From Truepera sp. (lineage in GTDB: Bacteria; Deinococcota; Deinococci; Deinococcales; Trueperaceae), in the NCBI GenBank assembly GCA_965218435.1, contig CBDCKW010000009.1:3776001-3840000 (forward strand): 64,000 nt of DNA, written 5' to 3'. The position numbers were made by a program, and so were the translations under genes. The notes under the pieces are model-generated. The model searched no databases. It was not told the origin of the DNA and saw only the letters and a list, made by a program, of their open reading frames with translations. Positions within the stretch are counted from its first letter, which is position 1, and each line of letters starts with the position of its first letter. Below, in pieces: positions 10,617 to 18,980 of the stretch.

Positions 10617-11969
10617 TCAGTTCTGTAAGGTCTCGAGCACCGCTTCAGCCGTCTGACGTGCGTCTCTGACAGTATCGTTGACTCCTACCCCGTGATAGGC
10701 GTTGCCGGTTAAAAAGATAGGATACCCAGTGAGGGCACCCTTCGCCCTTTTAACCCTCCCCAAATGCCCCAGTTCATACTGCGGAATCCCTTTAGGCCAC
10801 GGGACGTGTTCGACAAACTCCGGTTCTGCGACAATCCCCATCGTGACGCGCAAATCGCGGCGCACCGCCGCCAGCGCCTCACCCGGCGACAAGGCGGCAA
10901 ACTCGGGGTCAACGCTGCCCCCGGCGATAATCCGTAAAAGTACCCGCCCGTTCGGGGCTTGACCGGGGAAAATTGACGAGCTGTAAAGGACACCCAAAAC
11001 CCGGACGCCTTCACCCCTCGGAACGAGGAACCCGAAGCCGTCTAGGGCGTTGGGTACATCAATCCGGTGGTAACCGAGGCCGAAAACCTGTACGTCGGCG
11101 TGAGGGATGCTGCGCAAAGCTACTGCCGCGTCTGGAGCAAAGGGATTGACGAACTCGGCTGAAATAAATGACGGGGTAGCTAGCACGACAGCATCAGCTT
11201 CTAAGCGTTCGCCCGAAACCGTAATCTCGAGAGCTTGTTCGGTAGGTCTAAGCTGCTGCACCGTAACGCCTGTCTCGAGCCTCCCGGTAAACTTTTCCTG
11301 TAACGTTTCAACCAGCACCCCACTCCCACCTGGAAAGCTCGTCAGGCGTGTGGGTTGATCAGGCTCAGAACTTTCTTTAGCTGCCCGTTGCTGACTAATT
11401 AAACCTCGGACTAGACTGCCGTACTGACGCTCGAGCGCCCGAAATCTCGGAAAAAGGGCGTCTAAACTGAGCTTTTTTGCGTCGCCTGAGGTGATGCCTA
11501 AAACGAACGGTCCCGCAAACACGTCGGCAACACCGCGCCCGAAGTGCCGCGCCATAAAGTCATACACCGTTTCCTCGCCGCTGTGCGCGCGGCCCAGTAT
11601 AGGTTCGGCGGCGGCGCGAAGTTTCTCGGACGGGAGAAGCAAGTTAGACGTTAAAAAAGCAGGCGGTGAGGCGGGCAGTTTTTGTAGTGCGCCGTTTTTG
11701 TACAAAAAGCGGTATTTGGCAACCTCGGCAACCTCACGCAGCCCCAACCCTAACTTACGCGCTAGTTCAAGCGTGTCAGGCACACTCGGCAAAAAGCCGT
11801 TGGCTGCCCAGTCCACCGTGTAGCCGTCCCTAAAACTCGAGCGGACTTTACCGCCCGCCTCGGGGTCTTTCTCGAGCACCGTAAGCTTCAGCTCGGGCCG
11901 CGCCTGCTGCAAAAAAAAAGCGGTGCTAAGACCCGCGAGTCCGCCCCCGATAATGACAATCTGCTTCAC
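10617..11969 (-). CDS. hemG: Protoporphyrinogen/coproporphyrinogen oxidase (HemY type)
   Basis: IIGGGLAGL FAD motif, GFGFLVP, IPQYELGH, GNAYHGVGVND; start reassigned to GTG 11969 after TATCCT -10. Confidence 0.92.
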   Translation of the reverse strand: MKQIVIIGGGLAGLSTAFFLQQARPELKLTVLEKDPEAGGKVRSSFRDGYTVDWAANGFLPSVPDTLELARKLGLGLREVAEVAKYRFLYKNGALQKLPASPPAFLTSNLLLPSEKLRAAAEPILGRAHSGEETVYDFMARHFGRGVADVFAGPFVLGITSGDAKKLSLDALFPRFRALERQYGSLVRGLISQQRAAKESSEPDQPTRLTSFPGGSGVLVETLQEKFTGRLETGVTVQQLRPTEQALEITVSGERLEADAVVLATPSFISAEFVNPFAPDAAVALRSIPHADVQVFGLGYHRIDVPNALDGFGFLVPRGEGVRVLGVLYSSSIFPGQAPNGRVLLRIIAGGSVDPEFAALSPGEALAAVRRDLRVTMGIVAEPEFVEHVPWPKGIPQYELGHLGRVKRAKGALTGYPIFLTGNAYHGVGVNDTVRDARQTAEAVLETLQN

Positions 11970-12101
11970 CCATCCAGGATACTCCGCAGCAAGTAGCATC
12001 TGGGAAGTGACGCCTTCAGTTTGAGATTTACTGATCAATAGGCGCGTTCCTAAAATGACAGTTGTAGCCGGTACTCGCGGATATGCTGGCGGGAAAAAGC
12101 C

Positions 12102-12133
12102 AAAAAACAACCCGGAGCCTTATGCTCCGGGCT
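12102..12133 (-). terminator. Rho-independent terminator
   Basis: AGCCCGGAGC-ATAAG-GCTCCGGGTT followed by GTTTTTT on the minus strand. Confidence 0.85.
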
Positions 12134-12261
12134 GGGTACCCATCCGGTTCTGAGGATAACTGATGCCACGCCTCAAAACGGAACTATGGTCAGTTACCCT
12201 AGACGGGTACCTCCACTGGTCTGTTTCTTTTGTAAAATTAGGACCACCTCCTTTCTGTGGT
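12102..12261 (-). ncRNA. Candidate structured sRNA with extended Shine-Dalgarno-like 5' end
   Basis: -10 TACAAT at 12273-12268; AGAAAGGAGGTGGTCC near the 5' end; several internal stems; intrinsic terminator at the 3' end; no AUG ORF. Confidence 0.6.
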
Positions 12262-12544
12262 AAAAAGATTGTACAGCAAAAAAGTCCGGGGGATGTGTTA
12301 TTCATTACGTTTTGGTGGTGAGGTCGGTTTAGGTTTACAAAAGGCTCGAGCTATCCCGTCTCGGACGGAAGTTCTCCGGTAGAGGTCGCTCTGATTGTAC
12401 CTAGGTATATTCCGTAAATCTATGTATAAAAGCCGTAGATAAAGGCTGTGCTGAAGCTCAGCCCTAATCAGCCTGCAACCGGCGCGGCTGTCGGGTAAGG
12501 CTCGAGGACATCTGCCCCGGTTCGTGCGCTCTATACTTTTGTCA

Positions 12545-13177
12545 GTGAAGCTTTCTGTCCGTCAACTCTGGACGCTCGTCGTCGTTGGACTAGCCGCGGC
12601 CGCTCTAGCAGGGTTTGCTTATGTCCAGTTACGAAACGTGCAGTTGCAACGCGTGGGTACGCCGCAAGACCAGCTCGAGTATTACGGCACGCCGCTCGAC
12701 ACGCCCGTTCAGGTTGCGCCGTTTACCCTGACCGACGCCAAAGGCAAACGGGTGACGCTTGCCAAGTGGCGTGGTGACCTCGTGCTGGTCTTTTTCGGTT
12801 TTACTCGCTGCCCCGACGTGTGCCCCCTGACGCTCGGGCGGTTGGCTAAAGTTTACGAAGATTTAGGCCAGCCCAGGGACTTGCAGGTTGTGATGGTCAC
12901 CGTTGACCCACAGCACGACACGCCGAAGCTGACCCAAAAGTATGCCGCTGGTTTTAACCCCTATTTCGTGGGTTTGGCTGGCAGCAGCAGCGACATCGCC
13001 AAGGCTGCAAAGACCTTTTTTGTCGGCTACCGTGGGTTAAAGAGCAAGGACTTCATCCATACCGATTCAGTGGCGCTCTTAGACCGTGAGGGCAAGATGC
13101 GGTTTGTTTACGGTCAAGATAAGGTCGCGCGGCTCGGTGAAGATTTGCCTAAGCTGCTCGCCTCGAGCGAGTTTTAG
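12545..13177 (+). CDS. SCO1/SenC copper chaperone
   Basis: FFGFTRCPDVCP (CxxxC), VTVDPQHDTP, conserved His; N-terminal TM; TATACT-N7-GTG. Confidence 0.92.
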   Translation: MKLSVRQLWTLVVVGLAAAALAGFAYVQLRNVQLQRVGTPQDQLEYYGTPLDTPVQVAPFTLTDAKGKRVTLAKWRGDLVLVFFGFTRCPDVCPLTLGRLAKVYEDLGQPRDLQVVMVTVDPQHDTPKLTQKYAAGFNPYFVGLAGSSSDIAKAAKTFFVGYRGLKSKDFIHTDSVALLDREGKMRFVYGQDKVARLGEDLPKLLASSEF

Positions 13178-13346
13178 ACTGTGTTGAAGTTCTAAGCCTA
13201 ACCAGCAGCGTTATTCTTGCTTCTTTCATACGACGCGCCGTAAAAGAATGCAGAAATCGGTATCCTACAATCTACAAAAAACGGCGTCTCTTGCGCACGC
13301 AAAACATTATCGCAAACGCAAAAGCTGGAACGGCCTGGTAACACCG

Positions 13347-14276
13347 TTACAAAAGCTTGTTTAGTTCTTCGGCGACCGTCGGGCGTTTGAACGTAAAGTC
13401 TGCGCTCACCAGTTTTGTCGGAAGTACCTTTGCGCTCGCCAGAATGAGCGCGTCGGCGAGGCCGCCGAGCGCAATATGGAGGGCAAGAGCCGGAACCGGA
13501 ACGAAGGCGGGGCGTGAAAGTTTGGCCGCTGCTCGCCGGGTCAGTGTAAGCTGCCGCACCGGTTCGGGCGCAGTAAAGTTGTAGACCCCTTCGGCAGTGC
13601 TGATTTCAACCAAGAAGAGGATCGCCCGCGCGAGGTCGTCTGCGTCAATCCACGGAAACCACTGCTGACCGCTGCCAAGTGGCCCGCCGACAAAGAGCTT
13701 GATGGGCAAAAGTAGTTTTTGCCACGCTTCGGCCTCTTTAGCGAGGACGACGCCGAAACGCCCGGTCACCAGCCGCGCCCCGCCTGCATCTTCGGGGGAA
13801 GCTTCCCAAACTCTACAGATGTCACTGAGCGGCCCGTCGCCGCTAGGGGAACGTTCGGTCAAGGTCTCGTCGCCCCGGTCTCCGTAGTAGCCGGTTGCCG
13901 AAGCTTGAAACCAAACTTCAGCGGGTTGCTCTGCGCGTCTTTGAGCGAGTAAGAGTGCCCTGGCACTTTGAACACGGCTCTCGAGGATCAGCTGTCGCTG
14001 CGCCTTGCCGAGCCTACCTTCAGAGATCGAAGACCCGGCCAAATTGACGATGGCGTGTGCGCCGGAGACCGCCTTGGTAAGCGGCTCGAGCGCAGCTTCA
14101 TCACTCTGACTCGCGGCTTCAGGGTCCCAGGTTATCCAGTGACCGCTAGGGGACGTTCGGCCACTGCTCCGGGTAAGTAGTCGCAGGTCGTAGTTCGCTT
14201 TAGCAGCGTCTACAAGGTGTGAACCCACAAGGCCGGAAGCGCCGGAAATCACGAGGATGGGTTTGGGCGTCGTCAT
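13347..14276 (-). CDS. TIGR01777 family NAD-dependent epimerase/oxidoreductase
   Basis: ISGASGLVG, VNLAG, GGPLGSGQQWFPWI. Confidence 0.9.
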   Translation of the reverse strand: MTTPKPILVISGASGLVGSHLVDAAKANYDLRLLTRSSGRTSPSGHWITWDPEAASQSDEAALEPLTKAVSGAHAIVNLAGSSISEGRLGKAQRQLILESRVQSARALLLAQRRAEQPAEVWFQASATGYYGDRGDETLTERSPSGDGPLSDICRVWEASPEDAGGARLVTGRFGVVLAKEAEAWQKLLLPIKLFVGGPLGSGQQWFPWIDADDLARAILFLVEISTAEGVYNFTAPEPVRQLTLTRRAAAKLSRPAFVPVPALALHIALGGLADALILASAKVLPTKLVSADFTFKRPTVAEELNKLL

Positions 14277-14347
14277 GGGTCAGGGTAGCGCCGCCGGTAC
14301 TGACAGACTGCGCTGTACCTGACTAATACCTACTGCTTACGTGCTCG

Positions 14348-14848
14348 TTACCGTCCGGCGAGCTGTTTGATGAGGGTCGGCGTCAGGGCACTATGAAGTT
14401 CCAAGCGGCCCGCTTTAAGTGGCCCGTCTAACCGAACGAGCATCCCTTTGCGAAAACGTATCCCCATCTGCGACTCTGCGCCGCAGAGCAGATAGCTTGT
14501 CAGGCCGCTCAAGTACGGTTCATGGCCGACGAGCGCGGCTGCCTTATCGGATTTTTTTAAGCTGACGCGAAGCGCGTCTAACACGCCGGGATAATCGTCG
14601 CCGGTAAGTTCAGCGAGAAGCTCACAGCGTCCGCCCCGAACATGCGGCGTCAGCGGCGCGGCAGTTTCAGCGGCGCGGGTATAAGGTGAGGAAAAAAGCC
14701 GGTCAAAGCGGATACCTAGTGTAGCGAGGGCTTGGGCAAGGGTTTCAGCTTGTTTTTGCCCTTTACGTGACAGGGGCCGCAGGTGGTCATCAGGGTCGTC
14801 GTGATGCGCTTCGCCCGCATGAGCGTGACGGATCAGATAGAGCGTCAT
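14348..14848 (-). CDS. sixA: SixA-like phosphohistidine phosphatase
   Basis: LYLIRHAHA, SSPYTRAAETA, LVGHEP. Confidence 0.85.
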   Translation of the reverse strand: MTLYLIRHAHAGEAHHDDPDDHLRPLSRKGQKQAETLAQALATLGIRFDRLFSSPYTRAAETAAPLTPHVRGGRCELLAELTGDDYPGVLDALRVSLKKSDKAAALVGHEPYLSGLTSYLLCGAESQMGIRFRKGMLVRLDGPLKAGRLELHSALTPTLIKQLAGR

Positions 14849-15495
14849 GACAGTGATGGTTCCGAAGGCAGCTGTTCTAAAAGCGTGAGCGCGAGGGTGA
14901 GTTTGTCCTCCGCGTGCGGCACCAGACCGGGTTGGTTGAGGGCTTGGGCGAACGTCTCCAGGTCACGCTCAGGAGTTTCGGGTAAGGCTTCAAGCTCGAG
15001 TTCACGAAATCTCACGCTCTGCTCGCCGCGCGTGCTCGTCACTTCGTCAAAGGTCAGTTCGGCCTGCGGTTGTCCGCCCTTAAGGAGCAGATACCGCTGG
15101 CGTTGGGTCGCCAATTCTAAAAGCGGAGCCAGCGTGTTGACGACGCCCAAGGGCTCGAGCTTGGCTGAAATCTCAGGAGGCCAAAAGCCGCCATCAGAAA
15201 AGTTGCGGCAAGGTAGCTCGAGTTCTTCGCGGGTATGCAGGCTTCCGTCTATTACGCCCGCACCCTTATACGTCGCTAGGGTCTGCTCACCGTTTTGGTC
15301 TTTAAGGTGCCTGACCCGCAGCGCGACGCCCGTATGCAAAAGCGTCAGGCTGGGGGTGTCGTAGTAAACATCTCGCTGAGTTCGGCTGCCTTTGGGTTGT
15401 AACGCAACGCCTAGCGCCGCGTACTGCTTGGTCAACTGCCGCACGTCGGGAAAATCTCCGTCAACCTTGAATTTATGTTCGCGTTCAAACGCCAT
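14845..15495 (-). CDS. CYTH domain protein
   Basis: EREHKF N-terminal ExExK, YYDTP..L...ALRVR, ELELE. Confidence 0.88.
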   Translation of the reverse strand: MAFEREHKFKVDGDFPDVRQLTKQYAALGVALQPKGSRTQRDVYYDTPSLTLLHTGVALRVRHLKDQNGEQTLATYKGAGVIDGSLHTREELELPCRNFSDGGFWPPEISAKLEPLGVVNTLAPLLELATQRQRYLLLKGGQPQAELTFDEVTSTRGEQSVRFRELELEALPETPERDLETFAQALNQPGLVPHAEDKLTLALTLLEQLPSEPSLS

Positions 15496-15544
15496 GCTCT
15501 ACTTTAGCCCTATCGGAAGGTGTCGCCGCTTGCATCGGGAACGC

Positions 15545-15598
15545 TTGACACGCGCACGGCGGCTACCTATACTGAACTATACCTTAATTGCTTAGGTA
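15545..15598 (+). promoter_or_regulatory. Near-consensus sigma-70 promoter with downstream inverted repeat
   Basis: TTGACA-17-TATACT (15545-15573); TACCT-N9-AGGTA at 15580-15598. Confidence 0.75.
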
Positions 15599-15643
15599 AA
15601 TAACGGCGAGTGAAACGACGGGGGATGAACGAAGGTGAAGGTC

Positions 15644-16258
15644 ATGAGCGAGCTACCCAAAATGCAGCGAAAAGTTTACGAGCGCCTCTGCGAGGTTAAA
15701 GAGCGCACCGGTAGAGTGCCAGATTTAGCCGTTTTTGCCCGTGAGCTCAACATCCACTACGTCTCGCTGCGGCAACACCTCGAGGCCCTCCACCGCAAAG
15801 GCTTTTTGGTGTTTGAGAGCCGTGGCCGTGGCCAGTCGCCACGTTTGGAACTGCCCCTCAGAGCGACCGGTGTCCCGGTGTTAGGGAGCATCCCCGCCGG
15901 GCCTTTAAGCGAAGCGCTACAAGAGCCCGAGGGCTTTTTGCCGCTCAGCAACGCCCGCGAGCAGTTTGCGCTGCGCGTCAGCGGTAACTCGATGGCCGAC
16001 CTGATTCAAGACGGCGACATCGTGTTGTTCCGTCAAGGGACGCCCGAGCGGAGCGGCGAAATCTGCGCGGTCCGCGTCGAGAGTAGCGAAGTTACGCTCA
16101 AGTATGTGGATAGGCTCGAGCCCAAAACCATCGCCCTGCGGCCACATAACCCGCAGTATCCAACGCTGGCTGTCCCCGCCCGCGACGTTCATATCGAAGG
16201 CGTTTACGTCGGTTTAGTCCGCGGTGAACTTATTGGAGCCCTTTATGAAGACTGTTAG
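15644..16258 (+). CDS. LexA-like repressor with S24 peptidase domain
   Basis: N-terminal wHTH; IPAG cleavage site; VSGNSM (Ser) and VTLKY (Lys) dyad; alternative start GTG 15635. Confidence 0.88.
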   Translation: MSELPKMQRKVYERLCEVKERTGRVPDLAVFARELNIHYVSLRQHLEALHRKGFLVFESRGRGQSPRLELPLRATGVPVLGSIPAGPLSEALQEPEGFLPLSNAREQFALRVSGNSMADLIQDGDIVLFRQGTPERSGEICAVRVESSEVTLKYVDRLEPKTIALRPHNPQYPTLAVPARDVHIEGVYVGLVRGELIGALYEDC

Positions 16259-16370
16259 AAACGGCTAGAACGAGTGCCCGCGCCATCCGCCAAGATTTGC
16301 GGGCCTCACCCTGATCACGTCCTCGTACAGCTAAATCCGCTGGTATCCGACTCGAATCTAAGGAGAACGT

Positions 16371-16727
16371 ATGAACCATCCTGTCTCAACCTTTAGGGCG
16401 CTGTCAAGTGCGTTTCAGCACGACGCAGCCGGTCAGACCGTAGATATCTTAGCCGCTGAACTCGCCGCGCAAGTCGGGCGAGAGCGTCACCCACTTCTTA
16501 TCGGTCTCGTTCACCGCGACGCCGTGCGCAAGTTTTACGGCCTCGTCTACCTGCTTGACGGCTACGGCCTGACGCTCCGGCAGCGGCACCGCGAGCAAGG
16601 GGACGGTGTGTTCGTTTACGCTGAGCGCAAAGGCGACGCGTACGCTGAGTTTGATGGCGCAGTTGTTTTGGAGCGTGTCACCGAGCCCGCCACCGAAGCG
16701 CCTTACGTGTTCCCGCAGGCAGCCTGA
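16371..16727 (+). CDS. Hypothetical protein
   Basis: AAGGAG SD plus ATG; 118 aa; no family recognised. Confidence 0.65.
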   Translation: MNHPVSTFRALSSAFQHDAAGQTVDILAAELAAQVGRERHPLLIGLVHRDAVRKFYGLVYLLDGYGLTLRQRHREQGDGVFVYAERKGDAYAEFDGAVVLERVTEPATEAPYVFPQAA

Positions 16728-17233
16728 GATAATTACAGGCTGATTCTATCGGCCTCCGTCTGCAGCTCAGACTGAGTTTTTTTGACTGACTTTTGCTGCT
16801 CTCTCGCTCTGTCGGCTCCAAATACGTCGCGTGAGATTCTTCGATAAACGCTGAAAGCTGCTCGTAACGTGCGCAAATTTCGGGGTACTTGATGAGAAGA
16901 CTTTTTGTACGCACGAGCTTTTGGGTAAGTTCCTCGAGCTCACGGCTCTTTTCAGGGCGAGGTTCGTATGATTCAAGCGAAACAGGTAAAACCATAACGC
17001 CAAGTCGCTGGAGAACTCACGAAGTGCCTGCGCTTTTTCTTCCCACACCTATTTTGTCAGTGAACGTCTGAACTTGCGCTTCTCGAGCCCGTTTTGCGTA
17101 ATGAATGACGCAACGAAACCGATGACTGTACCCATCAACGATGAAATAACCGGGTTACCAAAAGCTGAGAGTAGCCACTGAACCACGGTTTAGTTTAGAC
17201 CGCACCGCTTACCTAGAAAGAGAGATTTTAGAA

Positions 17234-17986
17234 ATGGAAACTAACATAAACTGGGCTTCGCTTATCGAAAAACTTTCTGAACCTTTTCCCGTAAACGTCG
17301 TTTCGTGGCGGGCAGGGCGAACCTCAAAAGACGGGAAGCGGGCACAAGCACTCCCTTACGCTGAACCAAGAGCTTATGAAGACCGCCTCAATCAGCTTTG
17401 CCCCGGCGACTGGTCGGTTTTATTCAAGCCTTGGGGCGAGCACAAAGTCATCTGTGAACTGACGCTTTTTGGCGTCGTTCGTTCCTCTACCGGAGAGTAC
17501 GAAGAGAACACCAAAAATACCATTGCTCAAGGAACTGTCGCGGAAGCGCAGGCGTTCAAACGGGCGTGTTCCAAGTTCGGCCTGGGCCGTTATCTCTATG
17601 ACCTACCGGTTTCTTGGGTCGGTTACGACGAGAGTACCCGTCGCCTGACCGAAACCCCGAATTTGCCCGTGCCCGTCCGCGCAGCACCAAAACCCCCGGT
17701 AGCTGCGGTGATAGACGAACGCGCGACGGACGAACGTGCCGCCGAACGCGTAACCGAATCCACCGGCCCGCTACTCTCGGTAAGGCGTGCTGACGCGATG
17801 GGGCGTGAGCTCGAGAAACTCGGGTTTTCAAGCCGCGAGCAGCGCCGACTCGCCGAGCGAGTTTTAGGTCATGAAGTTGCCGCCTTTTCCGGTTTGACCG
17901 AAGCCGAGGCGCTCGAGGTCTGGAACGTCGCGCGGCGTTCGCCGCCCAAAGCCGCTCCGCGTTCGGCGCACGCGGCAGGGCTCTAG
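17234..17986 (+). CDS. ddrA: Rad52/Rad22-family ssDNA annealing protein, DdrA-like, with C-terminal helical extension
   Basis: KLSEPFP..VSWR, DRLNQLCPGDWS, AFKRACSKFGLGRYLYDLP match DdrA/Sak-type Rad52 signatures. Confidence 0.8.
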   Translation: METNINWASLIEKLSEPFPVNVVSWRAGRTSKDGKRAQALPYAEPRAYEDRLNQLCPGDWSVLFKPWGEHKVICELTLFGVVRSSTGEYEENTKNTIAQGTVAEAQAFKRACSKFGLGRYLYDLPVSWVGYDESTRRLTETPNLPVPVRAAPKPPVAAVIDERATDERAAERVTESTGPLLSVRRADAMGRELEKLGFSSREQRRLAERVLGHEVAAFSGLTEAEALEVWNVARRSPPKAAPRSAHAAGL

Positions 17987-18135
17987 TGCCTGCAGTGAAG
18001 TTGCCGCCGCCCGAAACTGAGGCGGCGGAGGTTCGTTACCGCTGCCCGAAGTGTCGGCTCGAGGTCGGTTTGATGTTAAAAGCGTCGGTCAGCTGTAGCC
18101 GCTGCGGACGGGCGATGAAACGCGTTGAGAAGTAA
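17986..18135 (+). CDS. 49-aa zinc-ribbon microprotein (not in ORF track)
   Basis: GTG overlapping the ddrA stop; MPAVKLPPPETEAAEVRYRCPKCRLEVGLMLKASVSCSRCGRAMKRVEK, two CxxC. Confidence 0.65.
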   Translation: MPAVKLPPPETEAAEVRYRCPKCRLEVGLMLKASVSCSRCGRAMKRVEK

Positions 18136-18140
18136 CGTAC

Positions 18141-18170
18141 TGGGAAGTGGGAAGTGGGAAGTGGGAAGTG
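18141..18170 (+). repeat. Tandem heptamer (TGGGAAG)x4
   Basis: tgggaag tgggaag tgggaag tgggaag tg. Confidence 0.95.
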
Positions 18171-18177
18171 AGGACCC

Positions 18178-18411
18178 GTGCTGCCCGAACTGATTTTGGT
18201 GACCTGCGGAGCGTGTAACGGTGAAGGTTACACGCTCGCCGTAACGAGCGCGGCAGGAGACGGGTTGCCTGCTGAGCAGAGCGAACCGTGCCCGGTCTGT
18301 GGCGGTTCGGGTGAGGTAGAAGTTTGTGCGGGGTGCCTCGAGATACCCGCTATTTCAGGGGGGCTCGAGGTTTGCGGCTGTGTCAGCGTGATGCTCAAAA
18401 GGGCCGCTTAA
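18178..18411 (+). CDS. DnaJ-type zinc-finger small protein
   Basis: CGACNGEG and CPVCGGSG (CxxCxGxG) plus CAGC and CGC; GAGG SD. Confidence 0.7.
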   Translation: MLPELILVTCGACNGEGYTLAVTSAAGDGLPAEQSEPCPVCGGSGEVEVCAGCLEIPAISGGLEVCGCVSVMLKRAA

Positions 18412-18977
18412 TGCGATTGAACGTAAGCCGCTAAGTTTGTTAAAGCACTCGAAAGCGCATCCCGTAGTGCCGGGTCACGAATCTGTCTGTCAGCCCCGAT
18501 AGTCTCTCGCGGCACAGGGATACGAACACACGCCGACTCAGCGATGTCTGCGTTTAGATAACCTAGAACCTTCCGCAAAGAGGCGTGCGCGTCCGCCCCG
18601 CCTGTAGGCGCAGCGAGCGTTGCGGTATTGATCCACGCCACAGGTTTCCGGTACATCTCACTGCTCCCGACCGTCCAGTCGAGCAGGTTCTTGAATGAAC
18701 CCGGCAAAGCTCCTGCATATTCAGGCGTCGAAAAGAGTACAGCGTCAGCTTCGCCGATACGTCGGCGCAAGTCAAGGACAGCGGGGTGAAGTGGTTTGCT
18801 ACTGTCATGAGGGTCGTCGTCAGGATTGAAGTGAGGCAGCGCGGCAAGCCCACCGTACAGTTCGGCGCTTACCCCGGACGGTAAAAGCTCGAGCACTGTT
18901 CTTAAAACTGCGGTGTTGCTCGAGGCTGCCCGCAGGCTACCGCTTATCAGTAAAAACCGAACAGTAGCTGCCCGCAT
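18408..18977 (-). CDS. NADPH-dependent FMN reductase
   Basis: ISGSLRAASSN, STPEYAGALPGSFKNLLDW. Confidence 0.92.
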   Translation of the reverse strand: MRAATVRFLLISGSLRAASSNTAVLRTVLELLPSGVSAELYGGLAALPHFNPDDDPHDSSKPLHPAVLDLRRRIGEADAVLFSTPEYAGALPGSFKNLLDWTVGSSEMYRKPVAWINTATLAAPTGGADAHASLRKVLGYLNADIAESACVRIPVPRETIGADRQIRDPALRDALSSALTNLAAYVQSH

Positions 18978-18980
18978 CAA

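Noticed and set aside
12241..12256. 16S rRNA gene fragment (GGACCACCTCCTTTCT on the plus strand)
   Set aside because: No other rRNA sequence flanks it; it is better explained as an extended SD on a minus-strand transcript
12120..12305. 61-aa ORF MNNTSPG...
   Set aside because: It starts upstream of the predicted promoter, has no SD and ends inside the terminator loop; probably spurious
13174..13346. Possible IS-end remnant (TAGACTGTGTTGAAG...)
   Set aside because: No matching second inverted repeat or transposase homology could be identified
17094..17113. Canonical RDRM (DdrO box) upstream of ddrA
   Set aside because: The palindrome is 20 bp with an 8-nt spacer, not the 17-bp RDRM; kept only as an unknown motif
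18141..18170. CRISPR array
   Set aside because: Simple heptamer tandem with no spacers; no cas genes or arrays were seen anywhere in the window
15635..18411. Intact prophage
   Set aside because: No integrase, att sites, replication or structural genes; flanked by housekeeping genes
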